Shown: positions 58,352 to 64,000 of the stretch, in pieces
Layout: each line of letters opens with the position of its first letter
How positions within the stretch are numbered: position 1 is the first letter of the stretch
The notes under the pieces: model-generated
Databases searched by the model: none
Told to the model about the DNA's origin: nothing
Seen by the model: only the letters and a program-made list of their open reading frames with translations
Translations under genes and position numbers: made by a program
Source: Malacoraja senta
Lineage: Eukaryota
Direction: 5' to 3'
NCBI GenBank assembly: GCA_038087875.1
Contig: JAXLNO010000831.1
Location: forward strand, 62,001 to 126,000
Length of the DNA stretch: 64,000 bases

Positions 58352-61129
58352 TTAAATCTTTCTCCCCGTCCCTACCCTTCCACCCCCTCTTCCATCCTCC
58401 CGACCACCCGAAGTGAAAGCGCCCCCCCCCCCCCCACCTCGGTGCTGCGGCTTGTGTGAAACTGCAGCGGGATGAGAGCGACTTCGACAACGCTGTGCTG
58501 GAGCGGTTTCTTCGGGAGCCCAGCGGTGGACGGGCTGGAGGAAAACAAAGCATCAGCGAGGTCGGTGAGCAATTCCGCTCCGGCCACAGTGTTGCACTTT
58601 AGTCGTATTTGTCCCGGGGGTAATTGTCTTTTTGTTACGATTTTTTAAAACTATAATGAATTAATTATTAACTATGGTGACAGATGTGGCCCTCCATCCA
58701 CTCACAGACATGGGTCCTGGCTCCTATGCAGAACAAGGATGCTGACCCATGTGTTAAATGTATGTTTTTAGTGTTCTTTAGCTTGTTTTACGTGGGGTGG
58801 GGTGTGGGGTTGGGGGAAACCTTTTCTAATATCTTACCTCGATGGAGATGCGATTTTTTTCTGTATCGTATCTCGGTCCGCACTGCAGCCTAACATCCAG
58901 GAGTTGCCGTCCTTTGGTGGAGGCCGACTTTTGACAGCTCCACCACGGGAGCCTGCGGAGTTACCATCACGCAGCTCACAATCTCTTTGCCAGGGATCGA
59001 CCTCGGAGCTCCAACTGTGGGTGCTTGCGGACTTAACATCACGGAGCTCGCGGTCTCTCGTCAGAGACCGACCTCGGGAGCTCCAAGCCGCAGGTGCTTT
59101 GACCACCCCAACACAGGAGCTTCTATCGCCCTGACACAGGTGCTTCAACTGCCCCGACCGCGGGAGAATAAAAAGAAAGAAGATTGGACTTTATTGCCTT
59201 CCATCACAGTGAGTAATGTGGGAATCTGCCGTGGTGGATGTTTATGTTAACTTTTATGTCATTGTGTCTTGTTGCTTGTCTTGGGCCAGGGGTGGGATCC
59301 AGTACAGGCAACGCCAACAACTTTAATGACAATCAAAATAAGAATGCAAGGAAACAACAAGAGATCCAATCAGAACATAGACACAACATGCTGGAGTAAC
59401 TCGTCGGGACAGGCAGCATTTCTGAAGAGAAGGAATGGGTGACATTTTGGGTCGAGACCCTTCTTCAGGCTGATGTCAGGGGAATGGGAGGTCGATAGAT
59501 AAGGACGTGTATAGATAAGGACGTGTAAGGTGAAAACAGGACAAAGGGAATGGAGATCAAGGAAAATGTAGCAGCAAAGGAAAGAGATAAAGAAGGGAGA
59601 CTCTCGGAAAAGATTGACAAGGGGGGAGATCTGCTACATAGTGAGAAGCTGTGGTAAATATATCACCTTTATTTAACAGCAAGCTGCTTCGATAAACAAA
59701 TAAGTAACAAGCCAACAGATGGTTACACTGATAAAGTTATACCAACAAGGGTGTTTGCAGGTTCAAGTGCAACATAAACTCTGGCCTTGAAGTATGATAC
59801 TGTTTGGTTGGTTTCTGTGTGCGTACACAATGAGATTCTTTACAATGTAAATCAGAATATGAAAAACGGAGAAAAAAGTAAAATATATAGATTCATTCTT
59901 GTAAAACCTTTCACAACATTTTAAAAACATTTAGAACCACTGAGTATTTCTTGAAATGTAAACACTATTGAATGAATAAACAGAGAACATTGAGCAGGAT
60001 CACACAGGGATAAGCCCTAGCATCACAATGTCTGTGCTGGCTATGTTGCCTTTACAAACTAATCCCATCTTCCTGCACATTGTCTATCCAGACTGAAGAA
60101 GGGCATCGATCCAAAACATCACCCAGTCCTTCTCTCCTGAGATGCTGCCTTTCCCGCTGAGTTACTCAAGATTTTTGTGTCTACCTTTGGTTTAAACCGG
60201 CATCTGCTGTTCCTTTCCACACACCCCTTCATTTCCTCTCTGTTCACATGTCACGACCCAAGAGAGACAAGAGAAAGCTTCTTTAATGAAATGTCTAATT
60301 AAATGTTCCAACAACAGAACAATTACATTATTACATGCAGCAGCCTAACAGGCCCATAAACAGAGTATAAATAGATAAACAAGATAATAATAAAAATAAA
60401 AAATAAAAGAGCCACTGTGTGGCGTGACAGTCAAAATCAATTTATTAGTTAACATAAAACATAGAGCAGTACCACATACATGCCTGTTTAAATGCCTTTA
60501 AACATTGCTATCATATCTGTTTCCACTACTTCCTCTGACAGCATGCTCCAAGCACCCACCACTCTCTGTGTAAAAAATCATTTAAGATTTACTCCTCTCT
60601 ACTCTGTGTCTCTCATAATTATATATACTTCCATCAGGTGTCCCCCACCCCCTTCATATTCCAACTCCACAAGAGCAAATGATCTAAGTTTGTCCAACCT
60701 GTCCTCACCGCTGACACTCTCAAACACTGCTTTCAATTTTCATTCAAAGGGAAATGTGATGAGCGACAGATGATCTGTGTTCTTCGGTGGTATCAACTGC
60801 AAGATAAATATCAATGAGGATTCTGGGATTAACCTGTATTCCTTAAATAACGTTTTGGGATTATTTTTTAGAGGGCTGAAATATATATCAGTCCATTCAG
60901 CCCAGCGAATCCACACCAGTCATTGACCATCCGTTCACACCAGTTCAGAGTTATCACATTTATGCATCACATTTTGACTTCACGGAGGCCAATTAAGCAA
61001 CAAGCCAGCATGTGGTGTACGAGGAAGCTGGACCACCTGGAGGTAGCCAGCGCAGTCACAGGGGGAAGGTGCAAACTCCACACGGACAGTACTTGAGGGC
61101 AGGATCAAGGCCAGGTCATAAGGAATGGG

Positions 61130-61660
61130 TGTAGAATTAGGCCATTCGGCCCATCTAGTTCACTCCACCATTCAATCATTACTGATCTATCTCTCCCTCC
61201 TCACCCCAATTCTCCTGCCTTCTCCCCATAACCTCGGACACTTGTACCAATCAAGAATCTATCTATCTTCGACTTAAAAATATCCAGACGGCCTCCACAG
61301 CCTTCTGTGGCAACAAATTCCATGGATTTGCCACCCTCTGCCTTAAGAAATTTCTCCTCATCTTCCTAAAAGAACGTCCTTTAAATCTGAGGCTATGGCC
61401 TCCAGTCCTAGACTCTCTCACTAGTGGATACATCCTCTCCACATCCACTCTATCCAAACCATTCACTATTCTGTAGGTTTTAATGAGGTCCCCCCTCATT
61501 CTTCTAAACTCCAGAGAGTACAGACCCAGTGCTAACAAATGTTCATGATAGGTTAATCTACTCATTTCTGGGATCATTGTTGTAAACCTCCTCTGGACCC
61601 TCTCCAGAGCCAGGACATCCTTTCTCAGATATAGTGCCCAAAATTGCTCACAATATTCTC
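61130..61660 (-). mobile_element. CR1 LINE 3' fragment (similar fragments near 24250, 24830, 25720, 53130, 55340, 57260)
   Basis: EYCEQFW...LERVQRRFT...LYSLEFRRMRGDLI in ORF 61263-61748. Confidence 0.9.
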
Positions 61661-64000
61661 TAGCACTGAGGGAGCAGCTCTGCCAGTTGTGCCATTGTGC
61701 CGGCCTGGTAGTATTTTGTTTTAACATGTGGTTGTAAAATTGCATCACAAACTCTGCAGAACGTCCCGTATAGCACTAGATTCCACTGGTGTTTCTTTGG
61801 TGGGATATTGACCCGTGGCTCTCTGACTGAGAATGGAGATATGCTGTGGCTGACACCGCATGAAAAAAATGTTTTGCACACAACTCACAGTTACTTCTTG
61901 CCTGGGTGGATGGAGCCCGCAGCGGGGGCTTGGGTCAGTGCCACAAAGGTGTCCGGAGAGGACCCGGCAGCGTTAATGAAAAGGCCAGTGTGGCGGTCGA
62001 TGATGGCGCCGACCAATGGACGAGAACGGACTCGTGGAATTGAGGACGCTGCTGCTGAGGGAAGGAGCAAAGGAGGACCCGGCGTGGGGGACGGAGATTT
62101 GTAACTTTGTAAACGCCCTTTATGAGCAAATATTTCCATACCTTGTGTGTGCAAGCAAAGAATGTCACTGAGACTTGTCACATGTGACAATAAAGTATTC
62201 AATTCAATTCAATCAACAGCCACCTCTCATAATCTATTGATAACAGGCCTTTTGTTACAAGATGGCATTCTCTGGAAAGGCGTAGGTTATTTAAAAATGT
62301 TTTAATCAATTTCTCTGATACAAGTGCACTGACCTCTTGTTCTGCTTTAGCTGTAAGTAGACACACTCTCTACAATACCTTTCTCACACGACCGAACTTT
62401 GAGGATCAGTTTGCACATGGTATGTTTGAGAGCTATTTCCATTTACTGGGAGACATCACAGCCTAGCCTGAACTAGACTGCATGCTACTCTATAGTTAAT
62501 GGTGAGATCAAGGCTTTTTGTCTGTCAGTCTGATATTGATTACAGTTGAATTCAGGAAACCCAATACCAAACACAGCCTTTCACAAGGAAAAGCAAACAA
62601 ATTGTGGCATTTACTTCAAGAAATACTCACACTCCCTATTGGACAATGTTAATGAATTCTGCTTTCAAACAATGAGTTCAAACCATGCTAAACAAGTCCA
62701 AGGAATTCTTAATGTAAACAAAGGAACTGCAGATGCTGGTTTAAGCTGAAGATAGACACAAAATGTTGTAGTAACTCAGAGGCACAGGCAGCAGCTCTGG
62801 ATAGAAGGAATGGGTGATGTTTTGGGTTGAGATCCTTTGGGGAAAAAATCATCCTGGCCTATGTGTAAATCGCATGTCAATGAGAATGGAGATGTTGACT
62901 GAAATGTGAGTCAGTGGGATTTGGATGGAAATGTGAATGCACAGAATTTAAAAGTAGTCTATTGGATCTGAACACATCTTGGTCTGAAGTAGGGTCTCGA
63001 CCCACAATGTCACCCATTCCTTCTCTCCAGAGATGCTGCCTGTGAGTTACTCCAGCATTTTGTGTCTCTCTCCCGTGTAAACTGGCATCTGCAGTTCCTT
63101 CCTACACATTTGGTATGTGAATCAGTATTGTGTGAATGGATAATTTTTTGAATGGGTATAAGCTTCAGAATGGTGTTGGTGGGGGCATTTTTGAATGGGG
63201 TATGTGATTCAGAATGGTGTGAATGGAGGAATTTTTGAACGGGCATGTGATTCAAAATGGTGTGAACAGATCAAGTTTATCAATGACAGATACATTTATG
63301 CAATTAATCTATATTTATCATATCTAATTTTATAACATAAATATGAACCAAATTGAATTAATTACGTTCCACCCTGTTACTTGATCTTTTAGATAGTTGA
63401 GAAGGTATTGAAAGAGTTCCTTGTTCACTCAAGAACCCAGGCAATAGTGGACAGTTTATCAGCAAACACTTGGCCCAGTGCCTGAGGTGCTCCAGTCACT
63501 AAGTGATGGAAATGTATTTGTCATTCCACAAATCTCACATTGTGTAAGAGGTTGGGGTTGGAGTCTCAGCCCAACAGATCAGTCAGAAGAGGTACAGGAA
63601 CAGAGGCAGGGTGAATGTGTGATTTGTAGACTATCAGATACAGAATATTACAGGTCAGGAACTCACCCTTTGGCCCACAATGTATATGCTGAATGTAATG
63701 CCAAGATAAACTGACCTAGTCGAATGCAAACAGAAATTTTACATTCGATGAACACTTTCACATCATACAACCCATCTCCAATGAAAATTATCTCCTTCCT
63801 TCCATGACTTTTAGTTATGGAGTCATAGAGTGATACAGTTTGGGAACAGGCCCTTCAGCCCAACTTGTCCACACTGGGCAACATGTCCCAGCTACACTAG
63901 TCCCACCTGCCTGCCTTTGGTCCATATCCCTCCAAACCTGTCATATCCATGTACATGTCTAACTGTTTCTTAAACGAGGGGATTGTCCCAGCCTCAATTA

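Noticed and set aside
58372-58587. Minus-strand ORF MAGAELL...
   Set aside because: GTG start, runs into a poly-G tract and MITE; no homology recognised.
63120-63270. About 43-bp degenerate tandem repeat
   Set aside because: Three decayed copies; ordinary minisatellite.

Overview
Vertebrate genomic DNA, almost certainly a cartilaginous fish (skate or ray, inferred from the HE1/V-SINE, CR1 and Penelope repeat content). Most of the window is transposable-element sequence. Main host content: (1) a five-exon MHC class I heavy-chain gene on the + strand (leader 31052, alpha1 37101, alpha2 43341, alpha3 44821, TM 52934) with an S-X1-X2-Y promoter module. It is clearly nonclassical (most peptide anchors lost, hydrophobic groove, extra Cys) and has one in-frame TAG in alpha3. 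(2) Minus-strand exons of a SUN1/SUN2-like gene with apparent lesions. The class I gene has been hit by young elements. Two near-identical L1 copies in opposite orientation bracket the alpha1 exon: one has a twin-priming inversion, the other is flanked by a 278-bp perfect direct repeat. A cargo-laden hAT sits in intron 4, and a Tc1 is inserted 11 nt before the TM-exon acceptor. Other elements: a Gypsy nested in CR1, a hAT transposase remnant, a non-autonomous Helitron, many Penelope-derived short repeats with minimal hammerhead-ribozyme motifs, a 26-bp minisatellite, and an older duplicated block (about 50-2180 vs 28236-30720). All coordinates and alignments were read by eye; no searches were run.
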